A stretch of 64,000 bases of DNA from Podarcis filfolensis (taxonomy: Eukaryota), in assembly GCA_964270895.1 (NCBI GenBank), contig OZ185439.1; one strand, 5' to 3'. Position numbers and translations under genes: made by a program. The notes beneath the pieces were generated by a model. It was not told where the DNA came from. It did not search any database and worked only from the letters and a program-made list of their open reading frames with translations. This document shows, in pieces, positions 51,116 through 64,000 of the stretch; position 1 is the stretch's first letter; each line of letters starts with the position of its first letter.

Positions 51116-51432
51116 AGGGATGGGCAGATGTATTCATTAAGTCTTTTCTGTCCAATTTCCACATTAATCTGCATTTTTGTTTAATTCACACAATTTATAT
51201 TTAAATACATATGCAAATTTTCTCTCTAAGTACTCATTTCTAAATGCATCTAATCCTAAAATACCAATTTCATATGCATTTTTCTTTTGCTCTTTTTTTG
51301 AAGTCAAGAACTCCACCACAAATTTCACAGGTGTGTGAAATCTGGTGGGAAACTGTGCACATTGGTCCTTGAGATGTGGATCAGATCCAATTCAGGAAGG
51401 AATTTGCCCGATGAAATTCCTTACCCATCCCT
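51116..51432. mobile_element. AT-rich MITE-like repeat
   Basis: 9-bp TIR agggatggg / cccatccct. Confidence 0.7.
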
Positions 51433-54400
51433 GCCTGCAAGTGCACCATCTACACGGATTAGGCTATTTGCAATAGTTGTGATATATAACAAACCTATTG
51501 CAGTTTCACTATTATTTGATAGTCCTGTGTTTCTATTCTAAACAAAATGCCATCTAAGTTAAGGGTAGTCCTCCAGATGTTTGCACTACAACTCCCATCA
51601 TTCCTAGCCATTGGCCATGCTGGTTGGAGATGATAGGTTTTGGAGTTCCAAACACCTGGAAGGCACCACGTTGTCTAATCTGGATCTAAGTAGATTTGTA
51701 TTGCAAGTTATGTGGGTGGAATAGATGGCTACCACCAGCTGTTGAGGAGAGGTTTATGTTCTGTGAGTTGGAGGGTGCAGCACCCTCTGTCCAACAGCTG
51801 CTCAGTGGAGAACCTGCAGGCTGTAGGGTGCTCCTTCCTTCCTTCTGATCAAGAGCAAGGGGTCCAATCCTGCAGAACGCTGCTTTGCAAGAGGGAAGGT
51901 TCTTGAGAAGTTGTGCTTCCACAGGACTGAATCCTCTGTGGGCAGCAGGATGCCGCTTCTCTTGCAGGATTGAACCTCCTTGTTTTCATTTGAGAGGCGG
52001 GGAAGTAGATAATGTCCCTCCTTCCCCTGCCTCCTCTCATCCATATGTTTAAAAGATCAGTCCTTATTAAAGATCAGCCCAACTCCCAAAATATTTCGGG
52101 AATGGATTGTGTTGTCCTGGGTCAGGTGGTCCCAATTCGGGAGACCAGGTCCAGATGGGTGGGGGACTATGCACAGCCTTAAGTGGAACTATAGTGATGA
52201 TATTGCTTTAGAATTTCAGAAAGTTGAGGTTCAGGAAAATTTATCGGATCCGTGCACATCTTTATACATAATCAAGCAATGAATGAAAGAAAAATATGTG
52301 AATATATGACACTTCCTATACAGAGTCAGAAACAGCGTATTCCTTTATCCAGGCAGTAGCTCTCAAAGGTTCCAAGCAGAGGTATTTCTTATGTAGAGGA
52401 GCTCCCTTTAATGGGCAGTGCCAGCAATGGGACCTAGGACTTGGCATGCAAAGCAGGTGCCATTGAACTGTGTGTTTCCCACGATTTTCATAAGCAAACA
52501 AGGAAGTTACAAGCATACAGAGTGGTAGGAAGCATCTACTTATCTCCTAGGCATAGCTTACTAGAACAGGTAAATAACTATGTCCTTGTAATGTACAGTT
52601 TAATCTTGGATACTCGAGCACAAATCCATGTACATATTTTTAATTATTGCAAACATGATTTCAATCTCATGCCTGAGTGGTTGGTTTATGCAATGCAAAA
52701 TAATAGTTACCCATAGTGAATAATTTAACTGAACATCATAAAAGATGCTTTCCTGAGAATATTCCTTGCAATTCATAAAACCAACACATCGCCACATACT
52801 TTCCCCCCCCCCCTATTATAAGTGTTTACTTCCCAAGGTTAATATGCTCTTTTAGCACTTCTAGATAGCGCATTAATATTAGTTTGTAGAAATCTGATCG
52901 ATTGTTCAGGTGATGTGTTGATGGCAAACTGTTAACCTTTTAATGATTGTGATCCTTTCTTAGAACTCTTAAGCCTGCAATCCCATACCCTGTTACCTGG
53001 GATCAAGCCTGCCTGAACTAAATGGGACTTTGGAAAAGGCATGTAAAGGATTGCAATGTAAGTTGTTTTGTTTAAATCTCCTCCAGACATCATTTTTCTC
53101 ACCAGTCTAAATCATTTCTGCTTACCATTGTGCAAAATAAGAAATAAAACCATTTGTCTTTTTGATAATGAAGTGTGTGTGTGTACACACATAATAAATT
53201 ATCTCTGGTTTGCAAATTGAGAAATGTTGCAGTATAACTTATTGAGAAAGAAGAAACTTTGAGTCCCAAGAAATTACTCTGATGGAGATGGTGGTTTTTA
53301 TATATCTAATTGAAACTGAAGGATTTAATTCTCAGAAGGATAATTCGGTGGGGGTGGGGGAGTGAGAAAAGTAATTGTTGTCTTTTCTGGTACTGGACTC
53401 AGTGTTCTTCATTGATGCAAGTTTTCTGCAGCTTCCACATTCCCATTGAATCAGGGTTTACAATTTCCACAGAAAACACAAGTAAAATAAAAAATAAAAG
53501 GTAAATTCAGATTAAACAGGAAGAGAAATATCAAATGGCATTTTGATTAGGAATGCATCACATAGCCACTGCAGAACACTCCATAATCTTTTAAAATTGT
53601 GCATTCATGATTATTTGTGCTCCTAATACTATCACAGTCACAAGCAATCCTGCCTCCAATACTGTTCAGGCCGGCAAGTATTTTGGGGGAGTCACACTGC
53701 TTCATCCCCAACCACTGCATTTCCTGCTGAAATCCACATTTTTTAAAACTACAAATGTTCTGGTTTATTTTGTCTGCAGTTTTGTTACTCTACAGCCCCT
53801 CCAGACATCAATGATGTAGCAGCATTGGGGAGGTGTTATAGAACAAACCAAAGCAGAATACATCCACCACTAATGCACTATCACTGTGTCAAGAACAAGT
53901 TGCTGTATACACCTGCAATAATGCCAGTCTGGCCCTAAACTGCCATATGGAAGTGTCCTTAAAGAGTTGTAAATGTTTAATGGCATCATATGCCTACCAT
54001 GAGCTACTACTTCTTGCAGTTTAGCTCCAAATTTTGCCAGCAAATAAGCTGTGGCCCTCCAGATGTTGCCAGACTCCAGGCCCATCATCCCTGATCATTG
54101 GCTGGGGCTGATGGGAGTTGACATCCAACAACATCTGGAGACCACAGCTTCTCCATTTTTATTCCAAAGATAAAAGCCTAATGCTTGGCAAAGGGTATTC
54201 TGAACTTGTGGAATCAGTTAATACAAAGATTGTTCAGGCACTTTGATCAAATGTCATCTTGGTAACCCTTTTGCATTCAAGTTAGTCTTCCAACATTGCT
54301 TGCCAAGGCAGAGAGAAATAATGTGGGGCTTTAAAAAAAATGTATTGGGAACCATTCCAACCTATTTCGATCCTCTGAGCTAGATTTTTATTTCAGTGGC

Positions 54401-55313
54401 AAGCATGTAACTAAGCACAAAAATTGGTTAGACAGGGACAGAACACTGCATTAATATTGCTGTCCTTCTTTCGCTCCCAAGACTCAAGGAAGGGATCCAT
54501 CCTGCCTTTTTGCATTTGGACTCGCTTTTCTAAGTCAGAGCCATTCGTAGAAGAAAGAAAAATCCAAAGCAGCAAGGTTTGTGAATAGTATTAATATCTC
54601 AGCTGAAGACAACAAGAGCTGATGTCTACTTAGGTTTCATTACATAAATTGTCCTGTTTTGTAAAAGGAAGGAGATGCACTTATGTGACTAGAATGCCAC
54701 ATGTGTATAGTTGACATTGAAAAAGGTCTATTTGTACCCAAAGATGTCTACAAAATTCACCACATCAAAATATCTCTCTGGATTTTGTTCTTGGTTATCA
54801 GACTTTGTTTTGAAAGTGGAACTGATGAAAAGCCAACCAGTGTAGTTAAGTGTGGGCTATGCTGGACTATGACTGAGGTCCAACCCATGTGAAGTTCATT
54901 TGGACTAGTCACTATATCTCTGCCTGACTTATGTCACAAGGTTGCTGTAAGGAAACAGTGGACTGTACACTGTCATGCATTCCTTGAAGGAAGAGCAGAA
55001 TAAATAATGCTCTCTCCCCCCCCCATCAAGTGGTATACACCTTGTATTAAATAAAGTCATAGGGTTACATTCAGTGGTGTCATTCCCTGTTGGTAAAGCT
55101 TCCATCAGTGGAATAGAAAGGGAATTGTTTTCAGTGTCTCTGCAGAGAAGAGGGGAAATTGATGGAGATGGTTTCCTCATTCCACAGATGGCAGTCTTAT
55201 TGGCAGCTGAATGATGGCATTGAACACAATCCTTAATATAAATAAACATTGGGAATTCACCTCTTTTCTGAAGGTTATATGTATGTGTGCAGTCTGACAA
55301 GCTCTTTGTTTAT

Positions 55314-55677
55314 GCGGGTTGCACTGTGTTCTAAACCACTGAGCCTCTTGGGCTTGCTGGTTGGAAGGTTGGCAGTTTGAATCCACATGACAGGGTGAGC
55401 TCGCGTTGCCCTGTCCCAGCTCCTGCCAACCTACCAGTTTGAAAGCACACCAGTGCAAGTAGATAAATAGGTATCTCTGCAGCGGGAAGGTAAATGGCAT
55501 TTCCATGCGCTCTAGTTTCTGTCACAGTGTTCCGTTGTGCCTGAAGCAGTTTGGTCATGCTGGCCACATGACCCAGAAAGCTGTCTGTGGACAAACGCTG
55601 GTTCCCTCAGCCTGAAAAAGAGATGAGCGCTGCAACCCCAAAGTCGCCTTTGACTGGACTTAACCACCCAGGGGTTC
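55314..55677 (+). mobile_element. Sauria SINE (variant subfamily)
   Basis: gcgggttgcactgtgttctaaaccactgagcctcttgggcttg..gtgcaagtagataaatagg..gagatgagcgctgcaacccc. Confidence 0.9.
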
Positions 55678-55847
55678 CATTATCAACGTGTTTGTGCATT
55701 AATAGACGTAAGCAAGCAATGCTAATGTGATTGACTGCATGACTGCACCATCCATGAGTCACAATGATCTGCATTTGAAAAGAAAAGAAACCAAAACCTG
55801 GTATTAAAATAGACTTTTATAAATTTATTTTGATATGTTTTTTGCAG

Positions 55848-55922
55848 CGGATAATTGCATGAGATCATTTGGGAAGTATGAAAACTGGTGGAAGAACAAA
55901 GATCCTCACACTGGACTGGAAG
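55848..55922 (+). other. Candidate internal exon (75 nt, phase 1 to 1) of an unidentified transcript
   Basis: Acceptor ttattttgatatgttttttgcag| and donor AAG|gtgaag; a single open frame (DNCMRSFGKYENWWKNKDPHTGLE); no recognised homology. Confidence 0.3.
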
Positions 55923-56279
55923 GTGAAGTTTAAGTCAGTTTGTATCTGAATCCATGAATATCAAATTCATCAAGCATCTGTACTCTCACCCGACTGCAGA
56001 TATGTCCAACAAGTCACACATAACAACTGTAAACCACAGGTAAAGGGTGACAAACAACAAAAGACACATCTAGCCAGTTCAATAGAGCTCTGATGAGTAT
56101 TGAAATGGGGACTAGTGTACACTGAGGAAACAGTGTGAATGGTCTTCCTAACTTAGACTGCAATCATAAGTCCACTTACCTAAGAGTAAACCACATTGAG
56201 TTAAGTAGAACTTACTTCTGAAGAGAGATTCAGTCAGCATTTTAATGAGAAACTACCTAGTTCTCACTTCTCGAACAAA

Positions 56280-56585
56280 CAAACCTCAACTGAAACACAA
56301 GGATTCTCTGAATTTTGCACTACATTTCTCCAACCAAATATTAGGAGAATGCACACAAGTGAAAAGAACATGTAAAAATGTCCTACACTGGCTAAAATTT
56401 CTTGCAAATGCGTGTATATTAATCAAAGCTGTATACAGATATGTCTTTATTAAGAGAATCTCACCCTAAAATGTTAACAAATTAAAAGTAAATATGCAAA
56501 CTGAAGGACTGAATTTCAGGTTGCAAAAATGAGAAATTGAGGGAACTGAAATTGACAGAATTATTGATCCATACTTCTGAGTAAA
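56280..56585. mobile_element. AT-rich MITE-like repeat
   Basis: Reverse-complement similarity to 49838-50243 (gaaattgacagaatt; ctgaaacaca..attctctgaattttgc). Confidence 0.65.
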
Positions 56586-56954
56586 CATGGTTAAGGCCAC
56601 ACTGTTAGTCAATATTTTAAAGTTACATTGGCTTGAGTATCACAGGCTTCAGAATCTACTTCAAGCATACCATGAGATTGCCCCAAATAAAGTAAGCAAG
56701 GGAATGAGCACTATCTTTTTCATCAAGAATAGATTATTCCTTCTTCTTGTGACTGGGAAGGAAAATAAAATCATATAAGGTTGCTTTCTCAGTCTTTTTA
56801 ATACACAGCACTACCTGAGGCAAAGAAGGGAGGGGGATCCATGATGTGTCAGTGGGATATTTGGAAAGAAGGAAAGGGAGCTTTGCTCAGATAATCATCC
56901 AAATGCATTTGTAAGTGGCAATCCCATTCCTTTGTCCCCTTTAATAACTTTTAG

Positions 56955-57078
56955 ACCTTTGTTGTCTCGCACATCTGAATGTCACTGCACATTGCGATGG
57001 AGACTTTGGTGACCTGAACAATCTTACTGCAAGGGCTCAGAGTATGGACCTTGACTTCACAGAGCCCTAAAAAATAAA
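56955..57078 (+). other. Candidate terminal exon, in phase with 55848-55922
   Basis: Acceptor tcccctttaataacttttag|; open frame to TAA at 57068-57070; AATAAA at 57073-57078. Confidence 0.3.
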
Positions 57079-60000
57079 ATGAATTTTCTGAAGAAACATA
57101 TTAAAGGTCTGTGGGTGTTTTTTCGTTTGCTTGCTTTTTGACAAATAATGATTCTGGTTTGTGAGGGCTGATTTATCGATTCTCTCAGTTTGCATAGGCC
57201 TTCTTTTACTATCTGTCACTGAGTGGTATCTCAGCTAACCTTTAAGTGACTCAGTCAGACTCCAGGTACAAGAAAAGCAAAGTGAATTTCTGCCACAGCA
57301 GCAATTGTAGGTAATGAACACAGTGGGGAGACAGGAAAGGAAAAGGAAAAGTACACAAATTCAGCATCCACAATCCAGCTGTCACACTTCTAAGAACTTT
57401 TGCAACTGCAATTAATTAACGGAAGCAACAAATGGAAGCTGTTTGGTGACAATACAGGAGGAAGAGAAGATCTGATGCAAAATAAATATTAATGCTAATG
57501 CCCCTTTTATATACAGTATAAATAGTTTTATATATTTCAGCAGCTAGCTTTATAGCCTTCCTTCACCTCTTGAGTGCAACAACATGAAGGATAAAATCAA
57601 TTAAAAGGTACACTGACAAAAAACACACTGTTGCATTAAATTTATTAGCCATACTCTTTTCCATGAGGTATCCTTCATACCAGGGCTGAGCAAAGATTTG
57701 CTTTGCAGGCTGTGTGGTTTTCTCTTCTCTTTACGACTGTTTTTCTTTTTCTTTTTAATGGTCTCTCTTTTGAATGGTGATGGTTTGCGAATATTGGGCC
57801 TGCAGTGTGAGTATACCCAATTTCCAATACACAAATCATTTTGACGCAAGCTCTCTTGCCCCTGAAAATGAACTTCTGCTTGCTTTTTGAACTGAGTTTA
57901 TTGCAAGCTTATGTGCTTATTATGTGCCTGCGTGATTTGCATTCCCCCAACATGGTGCTAAAAATCATTGCAAATGACCGATGACATTTGGAGGACCACA
58001 ATTTCCCCATCTTTGATGTAGGGTTATATTGTTAACTGACACACCAGTAACAGTAAGTAAAGTTTTGACTAAGAAGGTTTTACATTAACAGGATAGGGTA
58101 GTGAAGCAAGAGTTTCAGACTGGGTGATTTTCTTTCAAGTCAAATCTTGTTCAAACCACATCAAATATTATTTGGCTTCATAAGTTCTTCTAGATGTTGA
58201 TTTATATACATATATACATATATAAGCGAAAGGCATTTCAAGTAAATAAAGTACTTGCATGACAGATACTAGCCGTGGGGGTTGCATTAAAATTGGCAAT
58301 TACCCACCAGTAGAAATGGAGCAGTAGGGGGGTAATGGCAGAAAAAAAGAACAGGAAAGCCCAATGATCAAAGGAAGTTTATTTACTTATCAGCAAGGGG
58401 GGAAGTGATTCAGCCTTTCCAGCTGTAGCTGCTGAAAGAGCCCCAAATAAACGTCATGTTTCTGTTTCTGGGCTTTTGGTATCTGACTGTGAAATTGTAG
58501 GCTGCTGCCTATGGCACTGCTAAATAGTGTATTCATTATTGGTATAATACATCAAACATAATATGTCAGCTAATTCTTTAGCTTTACTATTTTTGTCATT
58601 CTGTCTCACAGGTCCTACTTCTTCCTCCTCAAATCATCTTGCACATCATTCAGAACCTCAAAACTCACCAACTTGAAGAATGGCTAAATTAAACAGGTTG
58701 TGACCACTAGGCAGGGCTGGCCCTAGGATGAGGCAGACGACAGATGCTGAGGGATGGGGAGGGGACAGAGTTGTGAGTACCATGCAGCCGACCTGCCCTG
58801 TACCCTCTGCACTAGCTGGCTGCCCTCAAGTGAAGTGGAAGATACTTTCCTTTCACCAATATTGGAGTAAGATTCGACCACCAATCCAACTGGCTTCTGT
58901 ATAGCACCATCTTGTCCTTCGCCTCAGGCAGCGAAATGCATTGAGCTTGCCCTGCTACTAGGCAACAGCAGCAAAGTGGAGTAAGTCATCTAGAGGAGCT
59001 TGTTTGGTGTGAGATAAACCATTGTCCTAATGATGCTAGCCACTGAACTGGCAGACTTTCAGTCAGACATTTTATGGGGAGGGGTCCTAGTGTACAGTGC
59101 CAGGGTGAGGAGCCATCGCCAAAAGCACCAGAGATAAATATGTTTGAAATCTTCAATTTCTTGAATTAGATTTTACATGCCATGGGAACAGAGTGAGTGT
59201 TCTTATGCCAAGTTAGACCTTTGGTTCATCTATCCCAGTATTGTCTATGACAGGTGTGGAGAATCTTTGGCCCTCCAGATGTTGCTGAGCTACAACTACT
59301 ACCAGCTCTCTAGGGAAGCATGGCCAATGGCCTGGAATGATGGGAATTCTTGTTCAGCAGCACCTGGAGGGCCAAATATTCCTCACACCTGATTTACAAC
59401 AAGCGTTGGCAACAGTTTGGGGGGGGGGTTCCTCAGGGGCTGCATTCCCTGGTAGGTAATCTGTTAGAAGCCACATTCTGGTAGTAGGTGAGGCCTGTGG
59501 ATAGGGCCAGAGACAACAGCAGGAGTTCCCCCTCTCTTTCTCTCATTACTGTCTGTTATACTCATTCCCCACTTTTTCCCCTCTTTCTGTCAACCCCAAT
59601 TTCTTTTCTCCTTGCCCCACTCATGTAATTCAGCCAAGAGCTGCACAAAATTAAGCTCAGTAGCACAAGTTGCCCAACTCTGGTATATGCTGACTGGCAA
59701 TGTCTCTCCAGATTTCAGATGATACCTTTCTCAGCCCTTCCTGAAGATCCCAAGATTGAGCCTGGGACTTTTTGCTTTCAATGCATATAATCTACTATTG
59801 AGTTAAAGCTCATCCCAGATAGTGTCTACCTAAGTGCCCTCTTAGGTCCTGGTTTCTGAAGTGAGCACATTAACTAATATTTCATTTCAACAGAGATGTC
59901 TATTCAATGCAGCAGCATTGCTAGACTAAATAAAACCACAACATCATTAGTGGTGGTGATAACAATGTTTTGCCCGGTTGCACAGCACATAACCAAGGGA

Positions 60001-61692
60001 CCCGTAAGCAATTGGAAGAATGCCAATAATGTAGCCGTGGAAATGTGTCATTCTGAATTACTCTTCAAAAGTGGCATCAGATAAGAGTTCAGGTTTCCAG
60101 TGAATGGGAGAAAAGAGGATGGGCAACAAAACAGAAGTTGAGCATGGTACTAGAGCGGGTAATCAAGCTACAACTTATTCCATCATATTTAAATGGCTCT
60201 TAGCCTTCATTGGAAACTGGGTGCAGGATTCAGCTAATGAGTCCTGGCAGTGGATGCCCAGACAAGACCTTATACTTTTGCAGTGGGGTTTCCTTCTCTT
60301 CCTATTGTGCCCCTGAAAATGGCTTTTGGGGTGTATCTAGAGAACCCCCAGAACAGGATTTAGGGGAAGCAGAAGGAGGATCATTCCATCTTACCGAATT
60401 GGGTTAACCAGTTCAGAACAGGAGCACATACTGAGCCACCCTGCAGCTTCCCCTCCCTCATCTCTTCAGAGGAAATGGGGTAGAACTGCTTGTACAATTT
60501 CCCTTATCTTCCAGAAATACTTTTGAAAACAATGAAAGGTCAAAATGTAGAGTTGGTCCTCTTTGAATATATCCCTAAGAGGGCTTTTCCTCTACAGAAC
60601 CCTCCTGAGAACTGCTAGTACAATTCATCCACCAGCATTTTGCTTCTCTTTCATCTGTCTTTGCTCTGATCAGCAACTCCTTGAGATTAATAGGGTGATA
60701 TTCTCACAGAATCCATAATCCCACACACCCAGTGACTCACTGCCAGTCAGCATCACGAGATACCAGTGTACCTTTCAACAAAAGTACTGTGCATATTTTA
60801 ATCGCCAGGACCTGATCATGAATTATCACTGTTACCTACCATTTCTCCAGCACTTGCTCATATGTAAAGTGCTAATCAGTATGTTCCTTGACCACACAGT
60901 GACCATTTTTGGGTACTAAGACCGAAGAAGCATGACTTGCCCAAGATACAGTGTGAATCGCAGGTCTGAACTAGGTTTTGAAAACCAGATCTTTCAGTCT
61001 CAAATCCAACAAGTGGTCTACCAGATACCAACTGTCTTCGATTGGTAGCCTATACTTTCAAGTGGGATTAGCCTGTTCTAAGGTTGGTCACACCAGTGGC
61101 ACTATCTCTGGACACATGCATGAGGGTAGGAGGGGGAGGAATAACCATAATCTATCTTTGGACATTTCTTACAGAAGCTTGTAGCATCAGCACAATTGGA
61201 CACCTTCAAGCTCAGAAAAGAACAGGGGAGCCAGACAGTGATAAGCACCGCAACTCAGAGTGGAAACAGGCAGAGAACTCACCTTGAACGAAACGCCATA
61301 CAATGGGAAAGAATAAGAAGAAAGGACCAAAAAGCTGAAGGCAACATGAAGAAGTGGAAAACCAAAGCAACCCACTCTCCACCCTCCAGTGTTACAGGGA
61401 GAACAGGGGAGACTGAAAGAATCACAGCACAAGGCTGTGTGGGTAATAGATTTACAAAGGGGCACTACAAGTTTCTGCAAGAGAAAGAATGGGAATTTGT
61501 GAGAAATGGCAAAATCACAAAAGACTAAGAATAGCTTTAATAGACGGTTGAGACTTTGAAAGCATTGGAAAGAAAAGAGGCCAAGAAATGACATTACAAT
61601 GAGAAGTAACATAATGGGAAAGGGCTGGGTTGAGGAAAACATCGCCACTTAATAACAACAAGCAAAGCAGATCAAGTAGCTCTCATGACAAA

Positions 61693-61838
61693 GGGAGGAC
61701 TGGGATAGTTCACTTGGTAGAGAATGAGACTCTTAATCTCAGCATCGTTTGAATCCCACATTGGGCGAAAGATTCCTGCATTGCAGGGGGTTGGACTAGA
61801 TAAGCCTTGAGGTCCCTTCCACCTCTACAATTCTATGA
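61693..61838 (+). mobile_element. tRNA-Lys-derived SINE with CR1-like tail
   Basis: ggatagttcacttggtagag.atgagactcttaatctcag..tttgaatccc (tRNA-Lys-like head) fused to aagattcctgcattgcagggggttggactaga..ccttcc.cctctacaattctatga. Confidence 0.85.
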
Positions 61839-64000
61839 CTCAAGTTTATGATGCTTCTCCCTTGCTTCTCAGGGGCCCTGATTTGACTCCATTTCTCCAT
61901 TTCAGTCAGCTCCGAGCCATTATAATAATGGTGGAGAATATTTGAGAAAACCTTGAGGTTGAGAAACAGACAAATCTCAGAAATGTCAGCTCTGCTCTGG
62001 AGTTTATTATTACATCAAAAAATATGGAAAATCCATGTTCAAGTTCTCTGAGGGACCATTTCCAAGTTATCTTATAAGTTTGTTGTGCCCCTCCCCTTGA
62101 ACTAGAGCAAGACCCCTGGGATGCCATTCATCCTATAATGCAAAAATTTATGCTTCCATCGTGGAACTTTCCTACCTCCCCCCAATTCACATTTGCCCTT
62201 GCCTCCCCAAATCTTCTCTGAAGGGTTGTGGGAACCCCAGAATAGATTTAGGGGTCATCAGGCAGGGGGGGAGAGAATGTTCCATTGCACAAGGAGAAAT
62301 CCTGGCATTGATGCAATGTTCTTAGTGCTACTTTGGATACAACCCATTATGCATAATGGAACTTTCTTCTGAGTTAACATGTATTGGCCTGCACTGCATG
62401 GCTACAACCCCATAGGGTAATCTCAATTGAACTCAAGGTGACTTACATCTGAGTAAAGAGAATGTTATGCTGCACACTTCTGCCTTCACTGCCCTGGAGG
62501 AAGGGTGAGTTATAAATAATGCCTGCCATTTATCTTGCTCTGTGTTGTTCCAGTTCTACTGGTATCAGTGGTATTCCCAGTGACTGCTATACTAGGGCAC
62601 TTGCCACTGCGGGCCTTTATAAATCTATACAAGCATCTCCCTTTCCTACTGCTAATATTAGCACGTTTCCAGGGTGTGTGCAAAATTCAATGCACTTTTA
62701 TTTCGGCCTCATTTATTTCACTGCTTCAACAAGCCCATTTCATTCATCAGCAGAGCTGATGTGTTTCAGCCAAAGCCGCTTTCCTCAGGGTGCAGCCTTG
62801 CCAATAGCCCTGAACTGCTATTTAAATAGAACAATTTCTAAATAAACCCAAGGCTCAAATGAAAGAAGAGTCTCAATTGCTGAGCACGGGAGTATTATTG
62901 AAATAGCAATGATTAAGCCAATCCCAGGATGATGATGTCACATGAGGGGAGCTGATGAGAGATCAGGGCTCCGATCTCATTTGCTCTCCTTAAACAGTAA
63001 TTCAACATTGCTGGGAGCGCTCTAAGTGATTTTCTGGCTGGTTGCTTAAGAAACTACAGGCCAGGTTTGCATGTACTTTATATTGAACTCAGAAGGACCT
63101 AACACAGATACAAAGTTTAAAGGAACTAACAACGGGATGCCAGAACTATGTGTGAGGAAAAACTGCTTGTGTGGACTCTGAGAAATAAATACATTTGGTG
63201 ATTAAAGATCGTCATGAATCTGGAGTTACCTGTGTTACTATGTCTAAATCCATCTCTCAGCTCCTGACTCCACAGGGTTGTTGTGAGGATAAAATGTGAA
63301 ACAGGACCTTGTCTGCCACCTTGGGCTCTTTGCGGGATAGAAATATAACAAATAGCATCTGGATCTCTTGTGACTGGACAACTCCAGTCACAGCCAATGT
63401 AAAAACAGTAAGAGAATGATCTGGCCTCAGATGCCTTCTACATGACACACTACCTTGATAACAGGAGGTACGACTTGATCAAGTAACTCCTGCAAGAATT
63501 GCAAGCTGTGGACTCCTGAGACAGCAGCTCCATTTTATGTTCATGCACTGGAAAAGTAAAGCTTTTCAGATGAAAGTGCCAAGGATCCCTTGTTTTAACT
63601 GGGGCAACAACAAAAGGGTGTGTGTGCATGTCTCAGTTTTCAGAAGCTTCAGAAACACTAAGCAAACAATTATTAACAACGGGGAGGGGAGAGCAATACC
63701 ATCCGGAGTCTTTTGAACTTGCTTCCAAGGTCTTTTCTAAGTCCCAATTAGTGCCAACAGTGTTGCTGCTTCTGCTGAAATCTTGGAAATTTGAGCTTAG
63801 AAAGTGACATTACTTTATACCAGGGGCAGGGATCATTTTCCAATCCATGGGACATTTTCCTTTGTGGCCTGGTTTCTAGGGGTTCACATGCAAGGACAGA
63901 GGCAGAAGTGAGTGGAGCAATTGACCACTGTGAAGAAGACTCCATTCTAGCTGTGCAGAAGTCAGACGCACACACGCACATGCACACACGCCTTTCCAGA

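Noticed and set aside
58612-58692. F-box-like peptide VLLLPPQIILHIIQNL
   Set aside because: A stop follows after 26 codons, and all three frames stop; the resemblance is short and likely coincidental.
61693-61765. tRNA-Lys-like sequence
   Set aside because: Degenerate, partly deleted and fused to a CR1-like tail: a SINE head, not a tRNA gene.

Overview
This is vertebrate genomic DNA, very probably a lacertid lizard (inferred from several Sauria/Squam1-type SINEs, RTE and L2 LINE fragments, a tRNA-Lys-derived SINE with a CR1-like tail, and hAT/Tc1 MITEs typical of squamates). The window is repeat-rich intronic or intergenic sequence with one 168-nt N gap. I could not recognise any protein-coding gene. 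The ORF track is explained by chance, repeats, microsatellites or the gap; the only protein homologies I recognise are decayed retrotransposon pieces (L2 RT, RTE ORF2 C-terminus, a LINE zinc-knuckle C-terminus). The most interesting unexplained structure is: (i) a phase-compatible chain of candidate + strand exons at 50.9-57.1 kb that ends in a stop codon and AATAAA, just downstream of a CpG-rich patch with a CTCF motif; (ii) a TCF/LEF motif cluster bracketed by a perfect 17-bp inverted repeat at 22.4-22.65 kb; (iii) two identically truncated but diverged Sauria SINE pieces separated by three copies of a ~39-bp target at 9.6-10.2 kb; (iv) a solo LTR nested in another LTR, and an LTR-like repeat without a target-site duplication (TSD). 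All exon and regulatory calls are unverified pattern calls, and pseudo-exons are common in such DNA.
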